DNA from: Chloroflexia bacterium
GTDB lineage: Bacteria; Chloroflexota; Chloroflexia; QHBQ01; JADMIH01
Assembly (NCBI GenBank): GCA_035474135.1
Contig: DATINP010000033.1
Location: forward strand, 2,334-66,333
Direction of reading: 5' to 3'
DNA: 64,000 bases
The notes beneath the pieces are model-generated. The model worked only from the letters and a program-made list of their open reading frames with translations, had not been told where the DNA came from and ran no database searches. Numbering within the stretch: the stretch's first letter is position 1; each line of letters starts with the position of its first letter. Shown here piece after piece: positions 9,604-19,416 of the stretch. The position numbers and the translations under genes were made by a program.

Positions 9604-11181
9604 TCAGTAGGCCCCTTCACCTCGAACCCAGGTGGGAATCGTCTTTAGAATTATACGCACGTCCATGGCGGGCGACCAATTCTCAGCGTAGTAGAGATCG
9701 AGCTTCACCATATCCTCGAAGGATAGATCCGACCTGCCGCTCACCTGCCACAGTCCCGTAAGGCCAGGCGTCACGTCCAGCCGCTTAAGGTGCCAGTCGT
9801 CGTAGCGCTCTACCTCGTCGGGGGTAGGCGGGCGTGGCCCGACCAGGCTCATTTCGCCCTTCAGGATATTGAACAACTGGGGCAACTCGTCCAACGACGT
9901 GCGCCGGATAATCTTGCCAAAGGAAGTCCTGCGCGGATCGTCCCGTAACTTGAACACAGGCCCTTCACGCTCACTCTGATACATAAGTGCGGCTTTTCGC
10001 TCTTCGGCGTCCTCGTACATGGAGCGGAACTTGTAGCACACGAAGGGAGTACCGCCCTTGCCCACGCGCTTTTGCCTGAATAGCACCGGGCCGGGCGACG
10101 TTAGCCGCACAAATAGAGCAATCAACAGCATCGGTACGCACGCCACCACCAGCATCACCAAGGCCAGCGTCGTATCCATCATGCGCTTTACAAACAGGTT
10201 GAAGCCCCGCAAAGCTACATCTTTCACACCTATCAAGGGCACGCCGTTCAGTTCGTCGATGCGAACCTCGTTGAAACGCATCTCAAAGAGGTCAGGGACC
10301 AGCTTAAAGTCTACTCCGAACTCGCGACAGCTATCGATGATCTCCAGGATTTGCGTGTGATGCATTGCAGGGAGAGTCACTATCATTTCATGCAAGTCCT
10401 GGCTCTCCAGGATGCGTCGCACGTCATTGATACTACCTAGCTTGCGTAATTCTCCGTTTCGAGGTTTGATGGGCACTCGCCAGTCACGGCGAAGTGGGTC
10501 CGTCGGATCTGACACATAACCCGCCAACTGGTAACCCAACTCAGGCCGCTCTACTATATCCTTCATAATGCGCTGGCCCGCCAGTCCCGCGCCGACCACT
10601 ACGGTACGCCTGATATTGATCCCCCGCTGCCACAGCCACATACGCAGAGCGCGATAAGCCATGCGCTCCAGGATGAACACCACCAGGGTACAAGCGCCCA
10701 GGAAGATAAAGAGCATCCTGCTGGGCAGCACAGGGTTAAGCAGCAAAGCGCCCAACGTCAAAACAGCCACTCCTATAACAGACCCTATCGTGATAAGGCG
10801 CATATGGTCGAGCCACGACGCACCACGAGGCAGGGCATATAAGCCTCTAGCCTGGAAGGTCAGGAGAGTTATTCCCACAAAGGCCACGATGTACCAGGTA
10901 AATGCCGAAAGCGGGCGGAAAGATTCCGGCGCAACGTCACTTCCAAGCTCGGCGCCATATCGAAGCCAGTAAGCAAGCACAAATGCTGCCCCCAACAGGA
11001 GGCCATCGGCCAACAACCGTAGCGCGATAAGCGCATATCGTGTTCTTCGCGCTCTACGCATACGCTCCTCGCCGGTACCAACGAGCGTCAAGTGCCGCCC
11101 GCCTGCTAACGAAATTTTGTCTTCTGTCATTTTTGGGCCGGTATCCACGCCAGGAACCGGCTGGTATTCAGGAGCTTCCAA
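9604..11181 (-). CDS. polyprenyl-phosphate hexose-1-phosphate transferase (WbaP/PslA-like initiating sugar transferase)
   Basis: multi-TM N-terminus plus C-terminal bacterial sugar-transferase domain (MMDTTLALVMLVV...SPGPVLFRQKRVGKGG..F.CYKFRSM...LDELPQLFNILKGEMSLVGPRP). Confidence 0.85.
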   Translation of the reverse strand: MEAPEYQPVPGVDTGPKMTEDKISLAGGRHLTLVGTGEERMRRARRTRYALIALRLLADGLLLGAAFVLAYWLRYGAELGSDVAPESFRPLSAFTWYIVAFVGITLLTFQARGLYALPRGASWLDHMRLITIGSVIGVAVLTLGALLLNPVLPSRMLFIFLGACTLVVFILERMAYRALRMWLWQRGINIRRTVVVGAGLAGQRIMKDIVERPELGYQLAGYVSDPTDPLRRDWRVPIKPRNGELRKLGSINDVRRILESQDLHEMIVTLPAMHHTQILEIIDSCREFGVDFKLVPDLFEMRFNEVRIDELNGVPLIGVKDVALRGFNLFVKRMMDTTLALVMLVVACVPMLLIALFVRLTSPGPVLFRQKRVGKGGTPFVCYKFRSMYEDAEERKAALMYQSEREGPVFKLRDDPRRTSFGKIIRRTSLDELPQLFNILKGEMSLVGPRPPTPDEVERYDDWHLKRLDVTPGLTGLWQVSGRSDLSFEDMVKLDLYYAENWSPAMDVRIILKTIPTWVRGEGAY

Positions 11182-11314
11182 TCTTAAACCTGCATAGCCT
11201 TCGGCCTACGGCGTTACAACCGCATCTCCCCATAAACGTTAATAGTTTAGTGCCGCGTGCCGTCGAAATTTAGCTTCCAATAAGCCGATATATTATAGCA
11301 TACAAGCCTCACGT

Positions 11315-13594
11315 TTGCCCCATTTTAAATCTATGTGTATAATGTGGTTTAAGCAAAGATCGAGCCATCATAGGCGCCAAGCCCAATTCTTGCAAGGAAG
11401 CAAGTTTGGTGCCATTTTCTATGCTCCGCACTTTGCGTATGCCGGTATAGAGCCAGGAGGAACTAAATCGTTGTCAAAGCAGACCGCTTCCCGGAGCGGA
11501 TCGGGTAATCGTGGCGCGCGCCGCAAGGACACTCAGCCGGACGGAGTATCCCCAGCAGAACGCACCACAGAAGACATAAGTCAGGCAACCGGTGGTCACC
11601 CCACGGGCGGTGGCAAGCAGCACTCTACTTCTTCCTCATCCTCAACTCCTTTCCTGCAGAACTCCAACGGCTCAAATTCGAATCATGCCGCGATGTCGGC
11701 GGACGACCCGGCCCTATTGAGCGTGGGCGGTCTTCCTATTTCTCCCGTCTTACCTACCACAGCCGAATACATGCAGATGCGAACCTCGCGAAGGCGCAGG
11801 TGGTTGCGGTTCGGTATCTTTATAGTGTTGATCGCCCTGATCTCCGAGAGCATTTGGCTCTCACCCTTCAGCGACAGCGCGGCGAACGCGGTCCCTCGCC
11901 AGCCTGATCCTATCCCCCTCGCAGAAGTCCAACCGTATGGTGTGAACACTTTCCTCCACAAAGAGGTAGATAGCTGGAAGAAAGATAAAACCATGCAAAT
12001 GGCCAAGGACCTGGGCGTGGGGTGGATCAAGCAGCAGTTTCCCTGGGCCGAGATTCAATTCAGCCCAAGCTCTGATCCCAAGATTGGCTATTGGGATAAC
12101 AAGAACGGCCAGAGCGCCTGGACCAAGTACGACAATATCGTGAGCCTTGCCCAACAGTATGGCTTGCGAGTTGTAGCGCGTATTGATAGCGCGCCTCTCT
12201 GGTCACACCCCGGTAACCCCGACCCCAAGGCTCCGCCGGACGCCGCGCACATGGCCGATTTCGGCGACTTTGTCGGCACCTTCGTAAACCGCTACCGAGG
12301 CAGTATCGCCGCCATCCAGGTCTGGAACGAACCTAACCTCAAGGGCGAGTGGGCAACGGGCAATCCCGTCAATGCTGCTGAATACACAGACCTGCTCAAA
12401 GTAGCGTATACAGCCGCCAAAAACGTCAATCCCGATATCATAGTGCTGGCCGCACCCCTCGCCACAACCTTCGAGTCCCTTGGCTATGCCGGCAACTTGA
12501 ACGAACTGGACTACATGCAGGACATGTACGACGCAGGCGCAAAGCCCTACTTCGACGCTATGGCTGCCAATGCCTACGGCACCACATTCGCCCCCGAAGA
12601 CCCACCATCACCTGACAGACTGAACTTCCGCCGAGTCGAGCTTTTGCATGACATCATGGTCAAAAACGGTGACGCTAACAAAGCGGTCTGGTTCAACGAG
12701 TACGGCTGGAATAGCTCACCTGACGACATAACAAATGTGCCCTGGGGCCGCGTCACGACCGAACAACAGGGCGACTATACCGTGCGCGGCATCCAATACG
12801 CCCGCCAGAACTGGCCCTGGGCGGGAGTATTCACTATATGGTATCTGCGCCAGGTCGGAGATATTCCCCGCACCAACAGTGAATTCTATTTCGGCCTCGT
12901 TGATCCCGACTTCAGGACGAGCGTTGCTTACGACCGTATCCAGGCTGCAGCCACCGTCCTCGACAGCGTGGCCGGGCCAGGAGTGTGGGGTCCTCTCACG
13001 GCACCTGTCACATCTGACCCACGCTGGCGCATTCGACTGGGCGACGTCACAGGGGGCATGTATCTGGCGCCCTCGGCCCTCGATATTAGCCTGAGCGTAC
13101 CGTTCAAAGGGACAGACGTATCGGTGCAGCTGGTGCCCCTCCAGAGCGCGGGTGCGATCACCGCCACGCAAACCGTTGGTGCCCGCTATTATGTGACCAT
13201 AGACGGTTCGTCACGCTCCGTGATCTCTGACCTACCTCGCGACGCAAGCGGCAATGCTTATATAGACGTCCCCGCTGTGGGCGCACCTCTCAATCTCGTG
13301 GTTGCGAAAGGGATCAATGCTGAATTCCAGACCGGGCAGCACACCCTTGGGATAAGGGTCGCCGCCAACCCGGCCGGGGTACAGCCACCGCTTGGTGGCC
13401 GCACATATGCGCCCCTCGTGCAAAGCCCTAACCTGCCGGGCATTGGCCTAATCACGGTTGAAGCTCACCGCTCCTATATTCTATTCGCCCTCTTGACGCT
13501 GGCGCTTCTCCTGGCGGGTGCATATCTCGTCTGGCTATTACGTAAGCCGCCCCCACCCTTGCCTGGGCCTGATTCTGCGGCTCCCGGGCGCTGA
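11315..13594 (+). CDS. membrane-anchored clan GH-A (GH5/GH39-like, PslG-like) glycoside-hydrolase-domain protein; start uncertain (alternatives at 11693 and later)
   Basis: low-complexity N-terminus, one TM helix (FGIFIVLIALI), TIM-barrel hydrolase motifs IQVWNEPN (acid/base) and FNEYGW (nucleophile); second TM near the C-terminus; stop TGA overlaps the next ATG by 1 nt. Confidence 0.6.
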   Translation: MPHFKSMCIMWFKQRSSHHRRQAQFLQGSKFGAIFYAPHFAYAGIEPGGTKSLSKQTASRSGSGNRGARRKDTQPDGVSPAERTTEDISQATGGHPTGGGKQHSTSSSSSTPFLQNSNGSNSNHAAMSADDPALLSVGGLPISPVLPTTAEYMQMRTSRRRRWLRFGIFIVLIALISESIWLSPFSDSAANAVPRQPDPIPLAEVQPYGVNTFLHKEVDSWKKDKTMQMAKDLGVGWIKQQFPWAEIQFSPSSDPKIGYWDNKNGQSAWTKYDNIVSLAQQYGLRVVARIDSAPLWSHPGNPDPKAPPDAAHMADFGDFVGTFVNRYRGSIAAIQVWNEPNLKGEWATGNPVNAAEYTDLLKVAYTAAKNVNPDIIVLAAPLATTFESLGYAGNLNELDYMQDMYDAGAKPYFDAMAANAYGTTFAPEDPPSPDRLNFRRVELLHDIMVKNGDANKAVWFNEYGWNSSPDDITNVPWGRVTTEQQGDYTVRGIQYARQNWPWAGVFTIWYLRQVGDIPRTNSEFYFGLVDPDFRTSVAYDRIQAAATVLDSVAGPGVWGPLTAPVTSDPRWRIRLGDVTGGMYLAPSALDISLSVPFKGTDVSVQLVPLQSAGAITATQTVGARYYVTIDGSSRSVISDLPRDASGNAYIDVPAVGAPLNLVVAKGINAEFQTGQHTLGIRVAANPAGVQPPLGGRTYAPLVQSPNLPGIGLITVEAHRSYILFALLTLALLLAGAYLVWLLRKPPPPLPGPDSAAPGR

Positions 13595-16500
13595 TGCGTC
13601 TCGCTCGTCCTCTCGTCAATGATATTTCGGCCAACCCTATTGCCAGGGCCGTCCTTGCCTGCCTGCTGCTGGCCACCTGCGTGGGATCCCTCGTGGGTGT
13701 TTCGTACGTCGATAATTACGTAAACGCCGGGGTCGCCTGGGGCGGGCCTCCACCTGACATCCCCCTCGCTGACGTAGACCCCATGGGGGTGAATCTCTTC
13801 CTTGAGAAAGAGCCTGACCCCGCCAACGTGGTCAAATCGCTCGACATGGCGCAGGCGGGCGGCTTCAAATGGATCAGGCAAGACTTCGCCTGGAACGACA
13901 TCGAGATCAGCGCCAAGGGCAATTTCACTGACACCCGCAACCCCGGCAACCCCGTCAGTTCCTGGGCCAAGTACGACTTCATTGTGGACCAGGCAGTCGC
14001 CCACGGCATTACTATTATGGCCCGCCTCGATAGCCCGCCTGTGTGGGCGCGCAAGCCCGGCGACGACCTGGAGACCTACCACAAAGGCCCACCCGCCAAT
14101 AACAACGACTACGGAGACTTTGTGGCCGCCGTCGCTGCGCGCTACAAGGGCAAGATCAAGTACTACCAGATATGGAACGAGCCAAACCTGTTAGGCGAAT
14201 GGGGAGGCCACCCTGTCAACGCCGAACAATACGTGGCCCTGCTGAAGGTGGCACACGACCACATCAAGGCCGTTGACCCCGACGCCGTGATTGTGTCGGC
14301 GGCTCTCGCGCCCACCACCGAGGAGAGCGCGGCCAACCGCAGCGACATCCTGTTCCTCGAAGATATGTACCGCGAGGGAGCTAAGCCCTATTTTGACATT
14401 ATGTCAACTATGATCTATGGGCTGGGTCAGCCGCCGAGCGACCGCCGCACCGACTTCAAGCGGTTGTCTTTCTCGCGCCCTGTGCTCTTGCACGAGGTAA
14501 TGGAGCGTAACGGCGATGCTCTGAAGCCGATCTGGATCAGTGAGTACGCCTGGCTCAGCTACCCCGACGACCTGCAACAACGGCTCAATCTCTCGCCGGA
14601 CGAGTGGGCTGCGTTCCAGGCCAAGAACATCTGGGGCAAGAGCGTAGATGAGCAGACGCAAGGCCAGTATCTCGTAGAGGGCTACGAGCGCGCCCGCGAC
14701 GAATGGCCCTGGATGGGCGTGATGTTCGTGTGGCACCTGCGCAACCCCGACGGCGACCCTCTCGAACCGGCCACCTACTTCTCCATCCTCAACCAGGATT
14801 TCACCCCACGGCCCGCGTACCTCGCCCTCCAGGAATACAGCAAGGTGGTACCGTCAACGCCCACTCCTCAATCGAAGCCCCTGCTGAACGCGCTGGGCTT
14901 CCCCTTCCTGTACGCGCTGTTTGGCCTGTTGGCGCTGGCATCGTTCGCCTTCCTCGGCCTGTCGGTGGGCGAGTGGGCACGTGCAGCACTGAACCGACCG
15001 CGAGGCCGCTACAGCGAGCGCACGCGTGAGACCGCACGCAACGGCGCGGCAATCGTAGGCATGGGGGCATGCTACGCACTCTTCTACGTGGTGGGCAATC
15101 TGCCGGTGATAGTCGTCGCGCTGGCGGGCTACCTGGTAATAGCCTTCTTCAAGCCGCAGGCAGCGCTGGCCTTCGTCGCCTTCTCGATACCGTTCTTCTG
15201 GTATCCCAAAGTCTATGGAAGCCAGCACTTTCCCGTCGCCGAAACCCTCGTAGTGATGGCTTTCGCCGCGCTTATAGCCCGCCGCACAGTTGCGGCCTTA
15301 CTACCTCGCCTGTGGGCGCGCCTCGGGCAACCCGGCATGTCGCCAATAACATCACAAGCCGTCGTGGTCGACCTGCGCGCCACCAAGCCCATTCCCATCA
15401 ACGAACCAATTTCTGCGCCTGAGCAAGCTCCCGTCGCTGAGGCACCGGAAGCCGTCGACCTCAGCCCCGCCGAGTGGCCTGCACGTCCCAGGGAGTTGAT
15501 AGCCGAGCTTGCCAAACCGCTCCCTCTCAATGGGGAAAGAGAAGAGAGCAGGGCTGCCGCCCGACGCAGGAGGTCGGACGACGCGCTCCCACAGGCCAAT
15601 TACCTCGACCCACTCCTAGCACGCTTTCGAGCATGGAACAGGCAGGATGCGTTTGCCGCGCCTGCAGTTGCGCTTCTCCTGATCGGCGCGCTTTCCATGC
15701 TGACTCTCGCCAATCATGATTTCGCACCCGATAGCGCCCGTGCGTACCGTTGGATCGTAATCGAGCCGGTCCTCCTCTACTTCCTGCTGACCGACATAAT
15801 CCGTACGAAGCGCGGCCTGGTGCGCGTACTCGACTTCTTCGTGGGCGCAGGGGTGTTTGTGGCCTTTATCGGTTTGTGGCAGTTCGTAGGAGGCAGCAAC
15901 ACGCTGGCTGTAGAGGGCGTGAGCCGCGTCATGAGCGTCTACGAGCACCCCAACAATCTGGCTCTATACCTCGGTAGGGTGGCGCCATTCGCAGCCTGCA
16001 CAGCCCTTTTCCTACCCTGGGGGTGGCGCAAGCTGCTCTATGCGCTGGCCGCTCTCCCACTGTTCGCTACTTTCCTGCTCACTTACTCACGCGGCGCTTG
16101 GGTGGGCGCGGCAGTTGCTATCGTGCTGGCGGTGAGTATCGGCCTACGCTGGCCCCTCAGCAGAGAATCCGCAAAGCCCACTCGCGCCTTCCGCGCGTGG
16201 CTGACTGCGGTGGGCGTGGGCGCTGTGGCGGTCGCAATTGCGGTGGTCTTCTTATTCCCTAGCCTGCCCGACCGCTTCATCAACCCTGATAGCGGTGTGA
16301 AGCGGATCGACATCTGGGTCAGCGCCCTCAAGATGGGCCGGGACCACCCCTTCTTCGGCATCGGCCAGGACCAGTTCCTGAACCAGTACCAGCTAAAGAA
16401 CCTCGACGGCACCTACCACTACATCACGAAGGCCCAGGTCGCCGAGCTCTACACGTCTCACCCCCACAATATCGTGTTGGACTGGTGGCTCTCATTAGGT

Positions 16501-16788
16501 ATAATGGGTCTGCTCGTGCTTGTATGGCTCCTGTGGCGCTACTATCGGGAGGCCATAAACCTTGCGAGGTGGTGCGCGTCCAAGGCAGCCTCGGATGCGC
16601 TCCTGCGTGCGGTAGTAATTGGCCTGATCGCCGCCATGACCGACTTCCTGGTACACGGCCTGGTCGACAACTCGTACTTCCTGATGGACCTCGCACTGAT
16701 CTTCTGGCTGAGTTGCGGCGCTATACAGTTAGGTCGTATGCTTTATGTGGACGGGGGACGGCAGACGGCAGACGGCGGTAGGAATTGA
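13594..16788 (+). CDS. fusion protein: N-terminal clan GH-A hydrolase-like domain (paralog of the previous gene) plus C-terminal multi-TM O-antigen polymerase/ligase (Wzy_C-like) domain
   Basis: YQIWNEPN and WISEYAW catalytic-type motifs, then 10+ TM helices with LTYSRGAWVGAAVAIVL and RIDIWVSALKMGRDHPFFGIGQDQF (O-antigen-ligase family signatures); 1064 aa in one frame. Confidence 0.65.
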   Translation: MRLARPLVNDISANPIARAVLACLLLATCVGSLVGVSYVDNYVNAGVAWGGPPPDIPLADVDPMGVNLFLEKEPDPANVVKSLDMAQAGGFKWIRQDFAWNDIEISAKGNFTDTRNPGNPVSSWAKYDFIVDQAVAHGITIMARLDSPPVWARKPGDDLETYHKGPPANNNDYGDFVAAVAARYKGKIKYYQIWNEPNLLGEWGGHPVNAEQYVALLKVAHDHIKAVDPDAVIVSAALAPTTEESAANRSDILFLEDMYREGAKPYFDIMSTMIYGLGQPPSDRRTDFKRLSFSRPVLLHEVMERNGDALKPIWISEYAWLSYPDDLQQRLNLSPDEWAAFQAKNIWGKSVDEQTQGQYLVEGYERARDEWPWMGVMFVWHLRNPDGDPLEPATYFSILNQDFTPRPAYLALQEYSKVVPSTPTPQSKPLLNALGFPFLYALFGLLALASFAFLGLSVGEWARAALNRPRGRYSERTRETARNGAAIVGMGACYALFYVVGNLPVIVVALAGYLVIAFFKPQAALAFVAFSIPFFWYPKVYGSQHFPVAETLVVMAFAALIARRTVAALLPRLWARLGQPGMSPITSQAVVVDLRATKPIPINEPISAPEQAPVAEAPEAVDLSPAEWPARPRELIAELAKPLPLNGEREESRAAARRRRSDDALPQANYLDPLLARFRAWNRQDAFAAPAVALLLIGALSMLTLANHDFAPDSARAYRWIVIEPVLLYFLLTDIIRTKRGLVRVLDFFVGAGVFVAFIGLWQFVGGSNTLAVEGVSRVMSVYEHPNNLALYLGRVAPFAACTALFLPWGWRKLLYALAALPLFATFLLTYSRGAWVGAAVAIVLAVSIGLRWPLSRESAKPTRAFRAWLTAVGVGAVAVAIAVVFLFPSLPDRFINPDSGVKRIDIWVSALKMGRDHPFFGIGQDQFLNQYQLKNLDGTYHYITKAQVAELYTSHPHNIVLDWWLSLGIMGLLVLVWLLWRYYREAINLARWCASKAASDALLRAVVIGLIAAMTDFLVHGLVDNSYFLMDLALIFWLSCGAIQLGRMLYVDGGRQTADGGRN

Positions 16789-16940
16789 AACGCAAAGACG
16801 CAAAGGATTTAAGAGAGATCACGAAGATCACGAAGGGTAAGAGATCACGAAGAGTTAAGAGGGATTAAGGGTTTGACGCATGACGTATGACGCATAACGC
16901 GTTACCACAGTCGTCGGTCGTCAGTCGTCAGTCGTCAATC
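16757..16940. repeat. intercistronic tandem-oligomer element A: (GACGGCA)x3, (GATCACGAA)x3, (TGACGCA/TGACGTA)x3 with a TAACGCGTTA palindrome, (CAGTCGT/CGGTCGT)x4
   Basis: read directly; lies between the polymerase-fusion gene stop (16788) and the UXS gene start (16960); the first block encodes the protein tail DGGRQTADGGRN. Confidence 0.85.
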
Positions 16941-16959
16941 CGAAAAGGGGGCAGTTACT

Positions 16960-17922
16960 TTGCACATCGTAGTCACCGGCGGCGCGGGCTTCATCGGCTC
17001 TCATCTTTGCGAGGCCTTGCTTGCCCAGGGCCATTCCGTCACCGCTATTGACAACTTCCTGACAGGCAACCGCCGGAATATCGCCCATCTGCACGACAGT
17101 CCTCTCTTCCAACTGTTGGAGCACGACATAGTGCAGCCTCTCGACACGCCAGCGATCAATGCCCTGCCACCCGTGGACGCCGTGTTTCACCTCGCCAGCC
17201 CGGCATCACCCGCCGACTTCAGCCGCATCCCCCTCCAGATTGCCATCATCAATTCGCAGGGCACTCATAATGTGCTCGCTTTCGCGGTCAAGCACAGGGC
17301 ACGCTACCTGATCACATCCACATCAGAGGCATACGGTGAACCCGAAGTCCACCCACAGACCGAAGACTACAATGGCAACGTCAGCACTACCGGCCCGCGC
17401 GCCTGTTACGACGAGGGCAAGCGATTCGGCGAAGCTATAACCTCGGTCTACGTGCGCGAGCAGGAACTCGATGGGCGCATCGTGCGTATTTTCAACACCT
17501 ATGGTCCCCGCATGAACCCGCAGGATGGCCGCTCGGTCCCCAACTTCATAACCCAGGCTTTGCTCGGCAAACCGCTGACGATCTACGGCGACGGCAGTCA
17601 GACCCGCTCTTATTGCTACGTAAGCGACATGGTGGCCGGGTTGATCGCGGTAATGTTCGCCCCGCCCGAAACCAAAGGCATGATATTCAACGTGGGCAAC
17701 CCTGACGAGCGCACGATAAAGGACTTCGCCGAGACCATACGCGACCTCTGTGGTTCTGCCTCCACGATTGACTACCTTCCCGCCCTCCAGGACGACCCTT
17801 CCCGTCGCTGTCCCGACATCACACGCGTCACTAAGGCGCTCGGCTGGCAGCCCACTGTGCCCCTGGAGAAGGGTCTACCCGCCACGATTGAGTGGTTCCG
17901 CACACAGGTATGGCCCAACTAG
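16960..17922 (+). CDS. UDP-glucuronate decarboxylase (UDP-xylose synthase)-like NAD-dependent epimerase/dehydratase
   Basis: TTG start after AAAAGGGGG; GGAGFIGSHL Rossmann motif, YDEGKR catalytic YxxxK, high similarity to the UXS/ArnA-decarboxylase type along its length. Confidence 0.75.
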   Translation: MHIVVTGGAGFIGSHLCEALLAQGHSVTAIDNFLTGNRRNIAHLHDSPLFQLLEHDIVQPLDTPAINALPPVDAVFHLASPASPADFSRIPLQIAIINSQGTHNVLAFAVKHRARYLITSTSEAYGEPEVHPQTEDYNGNVSTTGPRACYDEGKRFGEAITSVYVREQELDGRIVRIFNTYGPRMNPQDGRSVPNFITQALLGKPLTIYGDGSQTRSYCYVSDMVAGLIAVMFAPPETKGMIFNVGNPDERTIKDFAETIRDLCGSASTIDYLPALQDDPSRRCPDITRVTKALGWQPTVPLEKGLPATIEWFRTQVWPN

Positions 17923-17945
17923 CGATCCGCAGGCCGCGCTTCTCC

Positions 17946-19415
17946 ATGCCGACCGCTACGGCCGGCCTGCCGCGTTGGGTATGGCCTCTGGGCATCGCGT
18001 TGGCGGCTCTAGCCGGCCTTGCACCTCCACTGGTGAGCCTGGGTGTACTGGTGGCCGGACTGGTTGTGTTCATCCTGCTCAAGAAGCCCTTGTGGGGAGC
18101 CTACGCCCTCGTGCTGAGCGTGCCCGTGCAGGATACTGTAAAACTGCCTGGCGGGATCAATGTCACGCAGGCGGCATTCGTGCTTGTGCTGGGCATCTGG
18201 TGGTTCTGGATGGCTCTGCGGAGCGACCGCCGCCTGCACATCACTCCCATCGGCGTGACTCTCCTGTTGTTCCTCACCTGCACCCTGCCCAGCCTGTGGG
18301 TGACCACCTCTCTACCTGACAGCCTCGCTGAGATCTCGCGCTGGATAGTGACGATCCTCTCCTACATCATCATCGTGAACTCGGTGCAGAGTCGACGCGA
18401 AGTAACGAGCCTTATTGTAGTAATGCTCACAGCGGGTATGTCCGAGGCTCTGCTAGGTCTTGTGCAGGCGTATGGCGGCCTCGGCCCGGCCAGTTTCAAC
18501 GTGGGCGGCCTGCTCACCCGAGCCTATGGAACGATCGGCGCGCCCAACTCGTTCGCGGGCTATATCAACATGAGCGTGCCTTTAGCATTCGCTCTCGCGG
18601 CCTACCACTGGGGCAAATGGGCCACCGCCCGCCGCGCCGCGCCATACCTTGACCGCCCCGACTTTATGTCATGGCAGCGTTTGCGCGTCCCGCTCCTCGT
18701 GTCCCTAGTGGCCTTTCTACTCTTCTGGACCGTGGTCACAAGCCTCTCGCGAGGAGCCTGGATCGGGCTGGCGTTTGGAGTGCTGGTGATGGTGTTGTCG
18801 CTCGGCCAGCGGGCCAAGGGCGCGATCACCGGACTGCTCGCTGCCCTGATCATACTCGCGGGCCTGACGGGGCTGAACGCGGTGCCACCCGTGATAGCGG
18901 ACCGCTTCACCCAGCTAACCAGCCAGTTGCAGATATTCGACCCGCGCGGCATCACCCCCAACCCCGACAACTACGCGCTAGTCGAGCGCATGGTGCACTG
19001 GATGGTGGCGGGCAACATGTTCCTCTCAAGCCCCATCGTGGGCGTAGGCATAGGCAACTTCAACACGCTGTTCAACAAGTTCGGCGTGCAGGGCTGGCCC
19101 TATTCTCGGGGCCATGCCCACAACTACTACCTAAATCTGCTTGCTGAAGTGGGCATCGTGGGCCTCACGGGCTACCTGATCATGATAATTACGACATTCG
19201 CGGTGGCCTACCGCGCCCTGCGCCGCGTGCGCGCACGCAAGGACCTGTATGGCGAAATGATAGTGATCGGTGCGCTGGGCGTGCTGGCCACCTTCGTCAC
19301 GCACAACTTCTTCGAGAACCTGCACGCCCTCAACATGGGCATCCAGTGGGGCGCGGCGCTTGCGCTATTCACTCTGGTGTGGCTCAGACCCGAACAGCCC
19401 GGGAAAGGAGCCTGA
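17946..19415 (+). CDS. O-antigen ligase/polymerase family membrane protein (second Wzy-like protein)
   Basis: about 12 TM helices; LSRGAWIGLAFGVLV and HWMVAGNMFLSSPIVGVGIGNF family motifs; ORF-track start 17892 would overlap UXS, internal ATG 17946 preferred. Confidence 0.65.
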   Translation: MPTATAGLPRWVWPLGIALAALAGLAPPLVSLGVLVAGLVVFILLKKPLWGAYALVLSVPVQDTVKLPGGINVTQAAFVLVLGIWWFWMALRSDRRLHITPIGVTLLLFLTCTLPSLWVTTSLPDSLAEISRWIVTILSYIIIVNSVQSRREVTSLIVVMLTAGMSEALLGLVQAYGGLGPASFNVGGLLTRAYGTIGAPNSFAGYINMSVPLAFALAAYHWGKWATARRAAPYLDRPDFMSWQRLRVPLLVSLVAFLLFWTVVTSLSRGAWIGLAFGVLVMVLSLGQRAKGAITGLLAALIILAGLTGLNAVPPVIADRFTQLTSQLQIFDPRGITPNPDNYALVERMVHWMVAGNMFLSSPIVGVGIGNFNTLFNKFGVQGWPYSRGHAHNYYLNLLAEVGIVGLTGYLIMIITTFAVAYRALRRVRARKDLYGEMIVIGALGVLATFVTHNFFENLHALNMGIQWGAALALFTLVWLRPEQPGKGA

Positions 19416-19416
19416 C

